Notes: generated by a model from the letters alone, not told the origin. A stretch of 64,000 nucleotides of DNA from a virus (IMGVR_UViG_3300035704_000396:6651-70650); one strand, 5' to 3'; positions 37,039 through 46,929 are shown, counted from the first letter of the stretch. Numbers and translations are program-made.

Positions 37039-37238
37039 CGGCCAGCCTCCAGTTCCTTCGGGTCCGGCATACCCGGCTCCGTCTCCCACTGCCGGTTCTG
37101 GATGTCGGACTGGATGGCGTACAGGGCCGAGCCGACGTCATCCCATGCGCCTGACGACCCGAACCCGACGTCGACCCAGTCTTCACCGCTGTCGATGGCC
37201 TGGATCGTGTACTCGATCCGGAACTCGCGTTCGCTCAC
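37035..37238 (-). CDS. small acidic hypothetical protein
   Basis: GTGA-coupled; ends EAGR. Confidence 0.65.
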   Translation of the reverse strand: MSEREFRIEYTIQAIDSGEDWVDVGFGSSGAWDDVGSALYAIQSDIQNRQWETEPGMPDPKELEAGR

Positions 37239-37462
37239 CGGCCAGCCTCCCTAATCTGTCCCACACGCCTGTTCCGCATGCGCTGCGGCATGTCCACCAG
37301 ATGCCGATAAGCAGCGATCGTTGACGCCGCCCACAACAGGTCCTCCCTCGTTGGCGTGCCGTACCGCAGCCTCCACTCGACCTCGCCGGGGTCGGCAGGA
37401 TTGGGCCACGCCATGATCGAGTCCGGCTCGCTGGGGTCGATCACGCGAAGGTGCCCGCTCAC
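37235..37462 (-). CDS. small hypothetical protein
   Basis: GTGA-coupled; ends EAGR. Confidence 0.6.
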   Translation of the reverse strand: MSGHLRVIDPSEPDSIMAWPNPADPGEVEWRLRYGTPTREDLLWAASTIAAYRHLVDMPQRMRNRRVGQIREAGR

Positions 37463-38058
37463 TGCTGCTTCCCCCTCAGTGCCGCAAGAGCGGCGCGGCG
37501 AAGCTCGTGTGCAGGGAAGCGGCACTGCCCGTCTCCTGGCGCGTCGCAGTCGCACATGGTGTCGTGGATGGCCTTCTCGGTGCGCTCGGCGGCGGCATCA
37601 TCGGCCGGACTGGCCAGCCGTTCCTGTACGCAGTTGACGACCAAGTATGGGTCGCTCGTGTCGCGCGGCAGTCCCACAGCCTCAGCGAGATCGGCGATTG
37701 CCTGGCGGGCTTCGTCGTCCGGCTGTGCCGCTGGGGCAGCGGCCTGCACCGTGTACCGAGTGACCCGCAGGCCGTCAGCGAGGATGTCGGCCGCGTCGCG
37801 GGCTTCCGGCTCGGTGGCATAGACCCCGCTCACCTCCTCGTCGGCGTCGTGCGAGCCCACGACGCCGACGACTGGGCCGGCGGTCGGCGCTGCGTCGGCT
37901 GCCCCGAAGCGCCAGCCGGCGTCCAGCAGCCCGTCGGCGACCGCGTCGAGGTAGGCCGGGCCCGGGGTTTGCCACCCGGTCGTGTCGTTCCAGTCGGCGT
38001 CGACGCGGGTCAGGTCGGCGATCAGCGCTGCGCGCTGCGACTGCTGGCTGCTGGTCAT
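37459..38058 (-). CDS. mosaic hypothetical protein
   Basis: GGAGG RBS; ATGA coupling. Confidence 0.6.
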   Translation of the reverse strand: MTSSQQSQRAALIADLTRVDADWNDTTGWQTPGPAYLDAVADGLLDAGWRFGAADAAPTAGPVVGVVGSHDADEEVSGVYATEPEARDAADILADGLRVTRYTVQAAAPAAQPDDEARQAIADLAEAVGLPRDTSDPYLVVNCVQERLASPADDAAAERTEKAIHDTMCDCDAPGDGQCRFPAHELRRAALAALRGKQQ

Positions 38059-38864
38059 TCGGCACCTCCGTGTGCGCCTCGGATCGTGGGTTGCACGAGC
38101 TGCTGGTAGCCCTGCTGGTACCAGCCGCACTGGCACAACACCTGGCCGGTGCCGTCCGGTCGGCGGTGGGTGAGACAGCCGGCGTGGTAGCGGTCGACGG
38201 CGGCCAGCAGCGTGGGGTGTGCCTGACCGGCCAGGGCGAGGCTGCCGCTGGGGGCAGGCCACCCGTTCCACCGGTGCACCACCTCGACCCCCAGGTCGGT
38301 GAGCACCGCCTGCCAGACGTCCAGTTCACCGCGGCCCAGCCGGGTCAACGGCAGGCCATGCTCGTCGCCGACGTGGCTGGCCACGTCGACCGCGATCACC
38401 GGGTGTCCACCCCATCCGCGCGGGCACAGCACGATCGATCGGTTGTCGACCACCATCTGCACTCTCATGCCGTGGTGTTGCAGGATCGCGTCGTCGGGCT
38501 GTTGGGTGTCCACCAGCCAGCGCAGGCCGGCGGCCAGCAGTTCACGCGGGCCGGGCAGTTCCACGGTGACGGTGCGCCGGATGGTGGCGCTGTCCATGAT
38601 CTGCACGTCGGCGCGGGGGTAGCGGCGGGGCCGGTTGGCCACGACGAACCGGCCTTTCTCGGTGAGCAGCCGCTGCTCGTCCTCGAGTAGCCGCTGGCGG
38701 CGCAGCAGCGCCAGGCAGGCCGGGTTGATCCGGGAGTGTGGGTCGCCGGCCAGGGCGACCAGCGCTGCCCGCGACGGCGCCGGCAGCGCTTCGAAGGTGC
38801 GCTGCGCCTGGTAGGGGCCCATCAGCGGGCGCGGGTTGTCGAAGGTGGTCATGGTGTTCCTCAT
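38055..38864 (-). CDS. hypothetical protein with C-terminal Cys/His cluster
   Basis: Coupled ORF; YHAGC..H and CQCGWY motifs; start may be 38852. Confidence 0.65.
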   Translation of the reverse strand: MRNTMTTFDNPRPLMGPYQAQRTFEALPAPSRAALVALAGDPHSRINPACLALLRRQRLLEDEQRLLTEKGRFVVANRPRRYPRADVQIMDSATIRRTVTVELPGPRELLAAGLRWLVDTQQPDDAILQHHGMRVQMVVDNRSIVLCPRGWGGHPVIAVDVASHVGDEHGLPLTRLGRGELDVWQAVLTDLGVEVVHRWNGWPAPSGSLALAGQAHPTLLAAVDRYHAGCLTHRRPDGTGQVLCQCGWYQQGYQQLVQPTIRGAHGGAE

Positions 38865-39376
38865 CGGGTGTCGCGGACTGTGGCGAACCTGCGGTCGCCT
38901 TCACACATCCAGTGGTCGAACCTGTGCCGCATGACGTGCCCGACGATCAGCAGGTCGTCGAACGCGGGCCCCTGGTTGCGCCAGGTCTGCTGGTGTAGCT
39001 CGTCGATCGGTTGCCAGCGGGCGGTGGCGGTGCGCGGTGGGACCGGGGCGGCGAGCACGGCCCCGTACGCGGCGGTGATCACTTCGCCGTGGGCGCCCCG
39101 CGCGGGCACGTCGAAGATCCCGGCGAACCGCAGTTCGGCGGGATGCACGGTCAGGCCGGTCTGTTCGGCCAGGGCCAGCGATGCCGCGTCGACCGGGTCT
39201 CGGCCGCCCAGCAACGCGAAGGGCAGTTCGGGCAGCCCGGCGAACGGGGCGGCCGGTCGGGTGACCATCAGGACGTGGCAGGCGTGGTCGCGGTTGCCGC
39301 GGTGCAGAAGCACCGCGGCCGCCGCCCACTGCAGGGGCGCGTTGAGCGCGGCCAGCGGGTGTCGGGATGTGCGCAT
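38861..39376 (-). CDS. NUDIX-fold protein with degenerate NUDIX box
   Basis: VLMVTR...PFAG..ELP, AAS.ALAEQTGL, D.P.R and AFDD..IV motifs; catalytic Glu residues substituted. Confidence 0.6.
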   Translation of the reverse strand: MRTSRHPLAALNAPLQWAAAAVLLHRGNRDHACHVLMVTRPAAPFAGLPELPFALLGGRDPVDAASLALAEQTGLTVHPAELRFAGIFDVPARGAHGEVITAAYGAVLAAPVPPRTATARWQPIDELHQQTWRNQGPAFDDLLIVGHVMRHRFDHWMCEGDRRFATVRDTR

Positions 39377-39430
39377 GGTGGTGGGGAGGTCCGTTCGCTT
39401 GGTGGTGGGAATGGTGGTGGGACGGGTCGG

Positions 39431-39946
39431 CTACAGCGGTGGGGCGTCGGTGGCCCGGCGGCGGGCCGCGTCGAGGGCCCGGTTGCGGGCGGCCCAGCCG
39501 GCGCACAGCAGGCCGGGTTGGCCGTCGGCCTGGTAGGGCACGCCGGCGCGTTGGGTGGGCCGGTAGCAGCCGGGTTCGGCCGGGATCTGGGTACCGGCCG
39601 GGTGGCGCCATGCCACGATGCGGCGCAGCCCGTCGTGGCACCAGAACCGTTCCCCGCTGGCGGCCAGCCCTTCCAGCATGTCGGCGTCGCCGTTGAACCG
39701 GGGGTCGCCGGTCTTCTCGAAGCTGTCGGGCCGGTAGGCGCAGTCGCCGCACATGCCCTGGCGGGTGACCGGCTGCACGCCGGCGGCCAGCAGCCCGGCG
39801 GCCTCCTCGTCGACGGGCTGCTGGTGGGCGCTGTACACGGGTTCCCAGCAGGTGCACGATCCGGGGCCGTCGAGGACGGCGCCTTCGCAGCATTCGCCGT
39901 CGCCGACGGCCGGGAAAGCGGGCGAGTAGTCCAGTTTTATGCACAT
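39431..39946 (-). CDS. Cys-rich metal-binding hypothetical protein
   Basis: CTCW, CGDCAYRP, FWCH and LCAGW motifs; AGAGGAG RBS. Confidence 0.7.
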   Translation of the reverse strand: MCIKLDYSPAFPAVGDGECCEGAVLDGPGSCTCWEPVYSAHQQPVDEEAAGLLAAGVQPVTRQGMCGDCAYRPDSFEKTGDPRFNGDADMLEGLAASGERFWCHDGLRRIVAWRHPAGTQIPAEPGCYRPTQRAGVPYQADGQPGLLCAGWAARNRALDAARRRATDAPPL

Positions 39947-40566
39947 GCTGCGCTCCTCTGGTCGTAGTCGGGGTCCGCGCGGCGCAGCGCCGCCACCAGG
40001 TCGGGGGACAGCGGGAACGATCCCGGTGGTGTGCGCCGTCGCCGAGGCGGCCCGGACCGGCCGTGCCGCTGCCGGCTGTAGCAGCTGGTGCACTGCGTGC
40101 CCGAGCCTCGGCAGACCACCCGCAATGCGGTGGTGCGGGCGTCCTGGTACAGACCCTTGCGGATCATGGTGCGGCCGCAGCCGGTGCACGGCGACTCGTC
40201 GGGTCCGCGCACGGCCGGTGCGGCCGGTCCGGGTTTGCCCCGGCATTGCCGGCCCTGGCAGGACACGCACAGCTGGCCGCCGCCGTGTTTGACCTTGCCC
40301 TGGGCGCGGAGCGCCGGGTCCCACAGGTCGGGTCGGATCTTGGTGCGGCCGCAGCCGGCGCATGGGGTTTCGTCGGGCACCCGTTGCGCCGGTCGGGCCG
40401 GCCCGGCGTTGCCGCGTAGGCGGCGGTCGTTGCAGCTCACGCACAGCTGGCCGGCGCCGTGGCGGACTTTGCCCTGGCCGCGGAGCGCCGGGTCCCACAG
40501 GTCGGGTCGGATCTTGGTGCGGCCGCAGCCGGCGCACGGCGTCTGGCCCGGAATCGGCGTGGCCAT
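39937..40566 (-). CDS. protein with three tandem C4 zinc-finger-like repeats
   Basis: PC.GCGRT.IR..L.D....C.SC three times; 180-bp DNA period for the first two. Confidence 0.7.
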   Translation of the reverse strand: MATPIPGQTPCAGCGRTKIRPDLWDPALRGQGKVRHGAGQLCVSCNDRRLRGNAGPARPAQRVPDETPCAGCGRTKIRPDLWDPALRAQGKVKHGGGQLCVSCQGRQCRGKPGPAAPAVRGPDESPCTGCGRTMIRKGLYQDARTTALRVVCRGSGTQCTSCYSRQRHGRSGPPRRRRTPPGSFPLSPDLVAALRRADPDYDQRSAACA

Positions 40567-40967
40567 CACAACCAGTCCGCCCCGGGCCGGGGTCGCTGCG
40601 CCGCCTCGGCGTGGTGGTGGCGGCACAGCGGCAGCGGTGAACCGCCGGTCTGTGGCGATTCCCGCCAGCGCACCGGTCCGTTGCATGCCGGGCCCTGTTT
40701 GAGGCACACGATGTTCTGCGCGGCCGCCACCGGATCGGGGTGGCGGCGCAGGATCGCGGCGGCGAGCGCGTCGGCCTTGTCGGCCGGCACGGTGGGCAGG
40801 TGCGCCGCGTCGAGGATGTCCAGGTGCCGCAGCGCCAGGATCAGCGCGGTGGCGGCGCCGAAGGACAGGCCCAGCTCGACACGGATGTTGTCGATCAACG
40901 AGTTCTGGGTGGCGGTCACCAGCCTGGCCGCGTTGGCCAGCGTGGCGCGGTCACGGTTGTCGGGCAT
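40566..40967 (-). CDS. hypothetical protein
   Basis: Coupled ORF; C-terminal Cys/His residues. Confidence 0.6.
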   Translation of the reverse strand: MPDNRDRATLANAARLVTATQNSLIDNIRVELGLSFGAATALILALRHLDILDAAHLPTVPADKADALAAAILRRHPDPVAAAQNIVCLKQGPACNGPVRWRESPQTGGSPLPLCRHHHAEAAQRPRPGADWL

Positions 40968-40973
40968 CGCCGC

Positions 40974-41642
40974 TCACCCGCCGGCCGGGCAGCGGTCCAG
41001 CATGCCGGTCAGCGCGCCGCGTTCGGTGCTGGTGACGGTCAGGTGGTAGGCGAGTTTCACCGCGACCCAGCGTTGCGCGTACTGGCAGTCGTCGGCGGTG
41101 TCGGGCGGTTGGTAGCCAGGGGGTGCCTCGTCGCCTTTGGAGCGGTTGGAGTGTGCGGTGACGGCGACCAGTTCGCGGTGCACGTCGTTGGCGAAGCTCA
41201 CCCGCTGGGCGGTGGTCCACGACCGGGCGCCGGTGACCCAGGCGTTGGCCAGCGGCACGATGTGGTCGATGTCCAGCTGGTGGGGCGAGGTGACGGTGAC
41301 CCCGTCGTAGAGGGATGTCCACCGGCCGCCGGTGACGGTGCAGCCGTGCCGGGTGACGCCGGTGCCGTCGGCCAGCAGCACGTCGACGCGGGAGTCGCAG
41401 CCGTCGGGTTGGGTGGCCCACCCGTCGCCGAACCGGGTGCGGCTGTAGCCGGCCATGCTGGCGTCGGGGGCGACGGTCAGCGCGTCCAGTTCGGCCACCG
41501 TGGTCGCGGCCGGCGGGTCGGTCTGGGCGTTGGCGCCGTGGTGCCCGGCGTCGCAGGCCGTGTACAGGATCAGCGCCACAGTGCCGATCAAGCCCAAGGT
41601 CCACAGGCCGGGCCGGGCGCGGGTCTTCGTTGGGATGCGCAT
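40974..41642 (-). CDS. secreted HNH nuclease (DUF1524-type)
   Basis: Signal/TM, GYSRTRF, CDSR..VL, DIDHIVPL.NAW..GA, FAND, SNRSKGD and W.AVK.AY.L motifs. Confidence 0.88.
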   Translation of the reverse strand: MRIPTKTRARPGLWTLGLIGTVALILYTACDAGHHGANAQTDPPAATTVAELDALTVAPDASMAGYSRTRFGDGWATQPDGCDSRVDVLLADGTGVTRHGCTVTGGRWTSLYDGVTVTSPHQLDIDHIVPLANAWVTGARSWTTAQRVSFANDVHRELVAVTAHSNRSKGDEAPPGYQPPDTADDCQYAQRWVAVKLAYHLTVTSTERGALTGMLDRCPAGG

Positions 41643-41687
41643 GGGGTTCCTCGCGTGGTGGTGGGAGTTGGTGAGCGTGGTGGGATT

Positions 41688-42071
41688 TCAGGTGCGGCCG
41701 GGATGGGTGCGGGCCAGCACTCGGATGCCGAGCACGGCCGCGCCGCCCAGGCCGGCCAGGCCGATGGGAAGCCAGCCCTCGACGATGAGCCCGACGATGG
41801 CCAGTGCCGTCAATGCTGCGATCGCGGCGGGCAGGCCGACGCGTTCGACACGGCCCAGCGGCCGGGCCAGCGGGGTCAGCTCGTCTTCGTTGGCCTCGAC
41901 GAGGACGCCGAACTGGTTGGGCTCGTAGGCGGTGCCGTGCTGGTCGACGGCGACCGCCCAGTCGGCGCCGTCTCGCGGGTTGCGGGCGGCCAGAAACCCG
42001 GTGAACCAGGTCTGGTCGGGCCGCTGGCAGTGGACTCGTTCGCCGACGTCGAACAGGCGGGATGCCGTCAT
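41688..42071 (-). CDS. membrane protein
   Basis: Two C-terminal TM segments. Confidence 0.6.
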   Translation of the reverse strand: MTASRLFDVGERVHCQRPDQTWFTGFLAARNPRDGADWAVAVDQHGTAYEPNQFGVLVEANEDELTPLARPLGRVERVGLPAAIAALTALAIVGLIVEGWLPIGLAGLGGAAVLGIRVLARTHPGRT

Positions 42072-42115
42072 CGGGCACCGCCGCCGTTGCGGGTGACAAA
42101 AATCGACATATCATG

Positions 42116-42140
42116 ATCCTATCATGATATGTCGGCGATA
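42116..42140 (-). promoter_or_regulatory. conserved promoter/operator TATC-N8-ATCATGATAGGAT (copy 1)
   Basis: Same motif at 51976 and 55524; TAGGAT -10-like box 45 nt before the start at 42071. Confidence 0.7.
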
Positions 42141-42196
42141 GCAGGGTGAAACTGGACGTCAGGGCAAGGCAACGCCCGAATGTTGGGAGGCTGCCG

Positions 42197-42940
42197 CTAC
42201 TGCTGGGGGTCGGCGAACGGCGGCCACTGGGACAGCAGCGCCCGGAACGTGACGACGTCGGCGCGGGCCACCGTGACCGTGCCGTCGGTGGCCGCCTGGA
42301 ACGCCGCCGCCTCCTGCTCGGTGATGCCCTCCTGTACGGCGCCACCCAGTTCACCCCGGTAGCCGCCGCGGGCGACGCGTTGCAACCCGCGCTGCGCCGA
42401 CCGGTAGCCGAACCGCCGGGTCGGCTGACCCGCCAACAGGACGGCCAGTCCACGCGCCGCCGCGTCCAGCGTGAACTCGTGCGGCGCGTTCAGCTGCACC
42501 GCCGAGGCGCCGGTGTCGGTGGTGTGCCGGTTCCACAGCCGTGGCTGCGGCACGTCAGCCGGCCGTGCGGCGGCCGCGATCGCGGCCAACAGTTCGGCCC
42601 GCTGGTCGTCGGGCAGGAAGATCCGCAACTCCGGCAGCAACGTCCGGTAGCGGGCCACGGCGGCCGGTTCGGCGTCGGCCCGGCGGCGCAGCAGGTGTTC
42701 GCGCAGCGCCCGGTTCAACGCTTCGCGTACGGCGTTCTCGCCGCGCCGCATCGGCTGGCCGGCGAACGCCAACGCCAACGCGGCCGCGCAGTCGTCCTCG
42801 GTCAACAGGTGTTCGGTGAGCACCCGCAACGTCGGCCGGCCGGCCGGCATCGGGTTGGATGGCATCGCGGGTGGCTCCCTCTCGGCGACTGGCCATGACA
42901 CTGGCCATGACGTCGGCATGATATCTCTCCGATCACTCAC
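42197..42940 (-). CDS. hypothetical protein
   Basis: Protein-like ORF after the helicase; start uncertain. Confidence 0.6.
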   Translation of the reverse strand: MSDRRDIMPTSWPVSWPVAEREPPAMPSNPMPAGRPTLRVLTEHLLTEDDCAAALALAFAGQPMRRGENAVREALNRALREHLLRRRADAEPAAVARYRTLLPELRIFLPDDQRAELLAAIAAAARPADVPQPRLWNRHTTDTGASAVQLNAPHEFTLDAAARGLAVLLAGQPTRRFGYRSAQRGLQRVARGGYRGELGGAVQEGITEQEAAAFQAATDGTVTVARADVVTFRALLSQWPPFADPQQ

Positions 42941-42944
42941 CGGA

Positions 42945-44651
42945 TCATGAACTGACGTCGGGGCCGGGCCGCAGGAAACCGTCCTTGGCCAGGGCGGCGA
43001 CGATCAGGTCGGCGGTGCCGTCCAACTCCATGCCCGGCCACATGTCCTGCCACACGCCGCGCGCCACCCGCACCGCCGGGTGCAGGTGGCGGGGGATGGA
43101 CGCCGGGATCGGCATGCCGACCACCGGCGCCCGCCGGTCTGCTCGACCGGCCTGCTGGTAGGCGGTGCCGCGCGGCACCGACCGGTCCGCCGCCCATTCG
43201 GCCAGCCAGGCCAGCCCGCCCACATCCAGCCGGTGGCGGGGTCGGGTCAGCGCCACGTAGGCCAGGCGCCCGTCGGAGGGTCGGACCGGGCGCCGGTTGC
43301 CGCGCTCCCAGCCGGGCGAGGGCAGGTCGTCCCCGCACCGCACCGATGGCCATTCCAGGCCCTTGGCGCCGTGCACCGTGGACATCACCACGTCGGTCCG
43401 CGGCTGCGCGGCAATCGTGTCCACCAGCCGGATCAACCCGTCGGGCTGGTGTTCGCGTACCAACCCGACCGGCATGGTCAGGTCAGCGGCGCCCTCGTCG
43501 TCGCTGTCCACGTAGTCGCACACGGCCTCCCAGTTGGGGAAGGCGAAAAGGTCCGGGTGGTCCACCGGCAGTCCGTCCATCAACCGCTGCGCGGCCTGGG
43601 CGAACTCCCTGATCGGGCCGGCCCCGGCGGCCAGGGCCGGGCGCCGCCCGGCCTCCAACGCGGCGATCGCGGCGGCGACCGCGCCGGCGTTGGTGCGGCA
43701 CAGCACCGCGTCGGGTGCCGCCGACCGTCCCACCGCCGAGTCGACGCCGGGCGTGCCCCGCAGCCGCAGCGGACTGCCCAGCAGGTCCAACGCCAGGTTG
43801 GCCTCGTCGGCGATGGCCTGGCCGAAGCGGAACGACTGGGACAGCCACAGGGTGGGGCCGGGCCAGCGGGTCAACGCGTCCACAGCGCCGCGCCATTCGT
43901 AGAGGGCCTGCGCCGAGTCACCGACCGCCACCAGCTGGGCGTGGTCGCGTTGCGCCATCAGGATCGCCTCGGCCAGCACGTTGGTGTCCTGGGCCTCGTC
44001 CAGCAGGATGTAGTCGGTGCGCATCCGGGCCCGGCCGGTGTCCCACCACATCCGCATGTACGCATCGTGGCTGACGGTGAGCCGGCCGTTGTCCAGGTCG
44101 CAGATGTCGCGCCAGGCCCGGCGGGCCAGCGCGACCACGCCGGCGGCCAGTTCGGCGTTGCCGGCGGGGGTGAGCATCTTCTGCGGCGCGACGTGCGCGG
44201 CGGTGATGTGCGGGTCGATGCCCAGGCACCACTGGTTGACCGCGGCGATGGCCAGGCCGCCCAGGCGGGCCGCTGACACCGGGATCCCGTCGCAGTGCAG
44301 TGAGCTGGTGATGTCGAGGATGGCGGCGACGTCGCGGCCGTACTGGCGGCGTGGGCCCTTGGTGGTGGCGCCGGGCGGCATGGGCACGCGGTTGCGTTCG
44401 GCGTAGAGGCGGCCGATGTGCCATGCCTGGCCGTGCATGGTGGAGCAGCGCACGGTGGCCGGGAACATGGCCTTGGCCGCCCGCGCGGCCGCCCGGTTGT
44501 AGGTCAGCAGGCGGCCGTCGCGGCGGCCGGCCGCGCGGGCGGCGGCGACCAGCGTGGACGACTTGCCGCAGCCGGCGCCGGCCTGTCCCGACATGTGGCC
44601 GCCGGCGCGGAAGGTGTCGACAAAGTCGACCTGTTCGTCGGTCAGCTGCAC
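42945..44651 (-). CDS. UvrD/Rep-like SF1 DNA helicase
   Basis: AGAGCGKS, LTYN, LLDEAQD, VGDSAQALY.WRGA, SFRF, STVHGAKGLEW and YVALTR motifs; AGGAGG RBS. Confidence 0.92.
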   Translation of the reverse strand: MQLTDEQVDFVDTFRAGGHMSGQAGAGCGKSSTLVAAARAAGRRDGRLLTYNRAAARAAKAMFPATVRCSTMHGQAWHIGRLYAERNRVPMPPGATTKGPRRQYGRDVAAILDITSSLHCDGIPVSAARLGGLAIAAVNQWCLGIDPHITAAHVAPQKMLTPAGNAELAAGVVALARRAWRDICDLDNGRLTVSHDAYMRMWWDTGRARMRTDYILLDEAQDTNVLAEAILMAQRDHAQLVAVGDSAQALYEWRGAVDALTRWPGPTLWLSQSFRFGQAIADEANLALDLLGSPLRLRGTPGVDSAVGRSAAPDAVLCRTNAGAVAAAIAALEAGRRPALAAGAGPIREFAQAAQRLMDGLPVDHPDLFAFPNWEAVCDYVDSDDEGAADLTMPVGLVREHQPDGLIRLVDTIAAQPRTDVVMSTVHGAKGLEWPSVRCGDDLPSPGWERGNRRPVRPSDGRLAYVALTRPRHRLDVGGLAWLAEWAADRSVPRGTAYQQAGRADRRAPVVGMPIPASIPRHLHPAVRVARGVWQDMWPGMELDGTADLIVAALAKDGFLRPGPDVSS

Positions 44652-44752
44652 CCCAACCCCTCCTATCTCCGTCTTATCGCGACGATATCATGACGTGAAC
44701 ATGGCCGGTGACGCCGCGACTGGCCGGTCGCCGCGCCACCGCCTCCGTGCCG

Positions 44753-45586
44753 TCAGCCGGCCAGCTCGCGCCCTGCCGGCTCGTCGACCCGGTGCTGGCC
44801 CAGGTCGGCCCGGTTGGCGCCGCGTCGACCGTCGTGCTCGCCGCTGCCGCCGCTTTTGACGATGTCGTCTTTCACGTCGTCGCCGTAGGTGGCCTCGGCG
44901 GTCTGCTTGGCTCGGGCGGCCCGGTCCACCAGCACCAGTTCGGCGCCGCTGCCGCTGCCGGTGGCCTGGTCCAGGCCGGCCTGGCGGATCTGGTGCAGCC
45001 GCACATGGATGCGGCGGGTGAAGCCCAGGAGCCAGCTGGCCCGGTAGGTGCCCAGGTCTTCGCGCGGGTTGGCCGGCCGGTCGTGGGCCATCAGCCGGTT
45101 GGCCTGCAGCAGCAGCGAGGTGAACAGCATCTCGAACTGCTCGATGTCCGCGGCGGTGCCCCACAGTCGCAGGCTCAGGCCTTTGACGTAGGACCAGTTG
45201 CCGTTGCGCGTGGTGGCGTAGAGGGCCAGCGTGTGCACGGAGCTGAGGGCGGCGATGTGGCGGGCCAGCTCGCACTTTTCGCGGGCGTAGGGCGCGGCGA
45301 TGCGGATCGTCTTGCACACCACCTCGGTGTTGGCCGGCGTGGCTGCTCCGGACAGTGCGAGGGTGGCCGCGTCGATCTGGTATTCGAACAGCAGCCTGGC
45401 GGCCTTGTCGCTGTACGCCTCGGCTTCGGCTGCGAACGCGGCGGCATCCTCGGGTGTGGTGTCTGTGCGGGCGGAGTTGGCGGCGCTGCGCTCGGCGGCG
45501 GCCAGCAGTTCGCGGATGCGCCGCAGCACCCGGTCATGCGGGATCTTCTGGTCGCCGTCGCGGGGTTCGGTGCTGGTGGTGGACAT
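44753..45586 (-). CDS. DUF2786-domain protein
   Basis: VLRRIRELLAAAE..EAEAYSDKAARLL, G...DIE..EMLFTSLLLQA and YRASWLLGF motifs. Confidence 0.85.
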   Translation of the reverse strand: MSTTSTEPRDGDQKIPHDRVLRRIRELLAAAERSAANSARTDTTPEDAAAFAAEAEAYSDKAARLLFEYQIDAATLALSGAATPANTEVVCKTIRIAAPYAREKCELARHIAALSSVHTLALYATTRNGNWSYVKGLSLRLWGTAADIEQFEMLFTSLLLQANRLMAHDRPANPREDLGTYRASWLLGFTRRIHVRLHQIRQAGLDQATGSGSGAELVLVDRAARAKQTAEATYGDDVKDDIVKSGGSGEHDGRRGANRADLGQHRVDEPAGRELAG

Positions 45587-45677
45587 GCGGTCCTCGCTCA
45601 TCTGGTGGTGGGGCTCCCGGCCCGGGTCGCTCCCACGTGATCCCGGGCGGAGGGTTGTGGTGAAGTGGAACAAGATC

Positions 45678-45705
45678 ATTCTAGCAATCTGAGTCCACTG
45701 TGGAC
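45678..45705 (-). promoter_or_regulatory. promoter with palindrome GTCCACTGTGGAC
   Basis: TAGAAT -10-like box plus palindrome; similar element at 58572-58589. Confidence 0.55.
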
Positions 45706-45814
45706 CACAAATGGGCGTGGTTGATCCGCAGGTCACACAACGGTTTCCGCCGCCACCAACGACCGTGGGCCCCGCCGCCACCAGGGTGGCGGCGGGCCCA
45801 CGGCGACGTGGCCG

Positions 45815-46282
45815 CTACGACTGCCGACCGGGCCGTGCCCGCAGCTGCGCCAGCATGGCCTCCTTCTCCGCGTCGACCGTGGCCTGGTCGACGTCGACCC
45901 ACCGGGCCAGCAGCGCGGCGATCGTCTCGTAGTGCTGCACCAGCTCGTCGTGCCGGTCGTAGCGCGCCAACACCAGGCCCTGTCCGGCCAGCCATTTCAG
46001 GAACGCGCCGACCGGCTGGGTGCGGCCGGCGGCCGCGGCCATCTTGGCGTGCTCCGGGAACGGCGAAGGATCGGGCTGGCCGGCCAGGTCCCGGAACTCG
46101 CGGGTGCTGTAGAAGGGCAGCGCGCTCACCGTGGCACCCAACGCGCGCAGCGGCCCGGCCTCCCGCTCCGCCGCCTGCTCGCTGTACACCGGTCCGGCCA
46201 CGCACTGTGTCCCGTCGACGTCGGTGATGAGCAGGCCACGCCGGTTGGTGCCGGCGTCGCCGCGCACCGTGGAACGGCTCAT
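45815..46282 (-). CDS. hypothetical phage-type protein
   Basis: FPEHAKM, GAFLKWL and LLARW..VD...VDAEK motifs; coupled. Confidence 0.7.
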   Translation of the reverse strand: MSRSTVRGDAGTNRRGLLITDVDGTQCVAGPVYSEQAAEREAGPLRALGATVSALPFYSTREFRDLAGQPDPSPFPEHAKMAAAAGRTQPVGAFLKWLAGQGLVLARYDRHDELVQHYETIAALLARWVDVDQATVDAEKEAMLAQLRARPGRQS

Positions 46283-46914
46283 GCGTCACCACCTGCCGTG
46301 CCGCGCAGGCGGACCTGCAGCATGGTGACGCGCACCGCGTCGCGCAGCGACCGCAGCGCCGACTCGATGGCGTCGCCCAGGTCGAGCAGATCGTGGCCGG
46401 GGCCGACCATCTCGATCAGGGAGAGGTCGTCGTCGACGTCCTGGGCGGCGACCCACCCGTTGAAGCGGATCTTGGCCACGTTGGCGGCGCCCAACGCGGT
46501 ACGCACCGCCTCGTCCAGCATGACCATCTCGCCCTGTTCGGCGGCCTGCCCGGCGGCCTCGGTGACCGCGGTGGCCGCGCACGGGCCGCACCGGCCGCAC
46601 CCGCTGGTGCGGCATTCCCGGATGGACGCGCCGTACACCCGGTCGCTGATCGGCACCCACATCTGGGTGCCCTCCACGGTCTGCTGCTGCCACAGGCCCG
46701 GCCTGCCGACCGCTTCCAGGTCGGCCACCCAGTGCGGGTCGGCGTAGGGCCAGAACGTGAACGGGAACGCGGTGCGGTAGCGGTCGGCCGGCAGCGGCGC
46801 GTCATGCTCGGCGATGACCAGGACGTCGGCGCAGATCGCCGAATGCCCGGTGGCCGGGCAGCCGCAGTGCGGGTTGACCGGCGGCGGTGCGCCACCGACC
46901 TCATGGGGTTGCAT
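46279..46914 (-). CDS. hypothetical protein
   Basis: GAGAGG RBS; Cys clusters. Confidence 0.65.
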   Translation of the reverse strand: MQPHEVGGAPPPVNPHCGCPATGHSAICADVLVIAEHDAPLPADRYRTAFPFTFWPYADPHWVADLEAVGRPGLWQQQTVEGTQMWVPISDRVYGASIRECRTSGCGRCGPCAATAVTEAAGQAAEQGEMVMLDEAVRTALGAANVAKIRFNGWVAAQDVDDDLSLIEMVGPGHDLLDLGDAIESALRSLRDAVRVTMLQVRLRGTAGGDA

Positions 46915-46929
46915 GGCTGGGTGTTCCTC

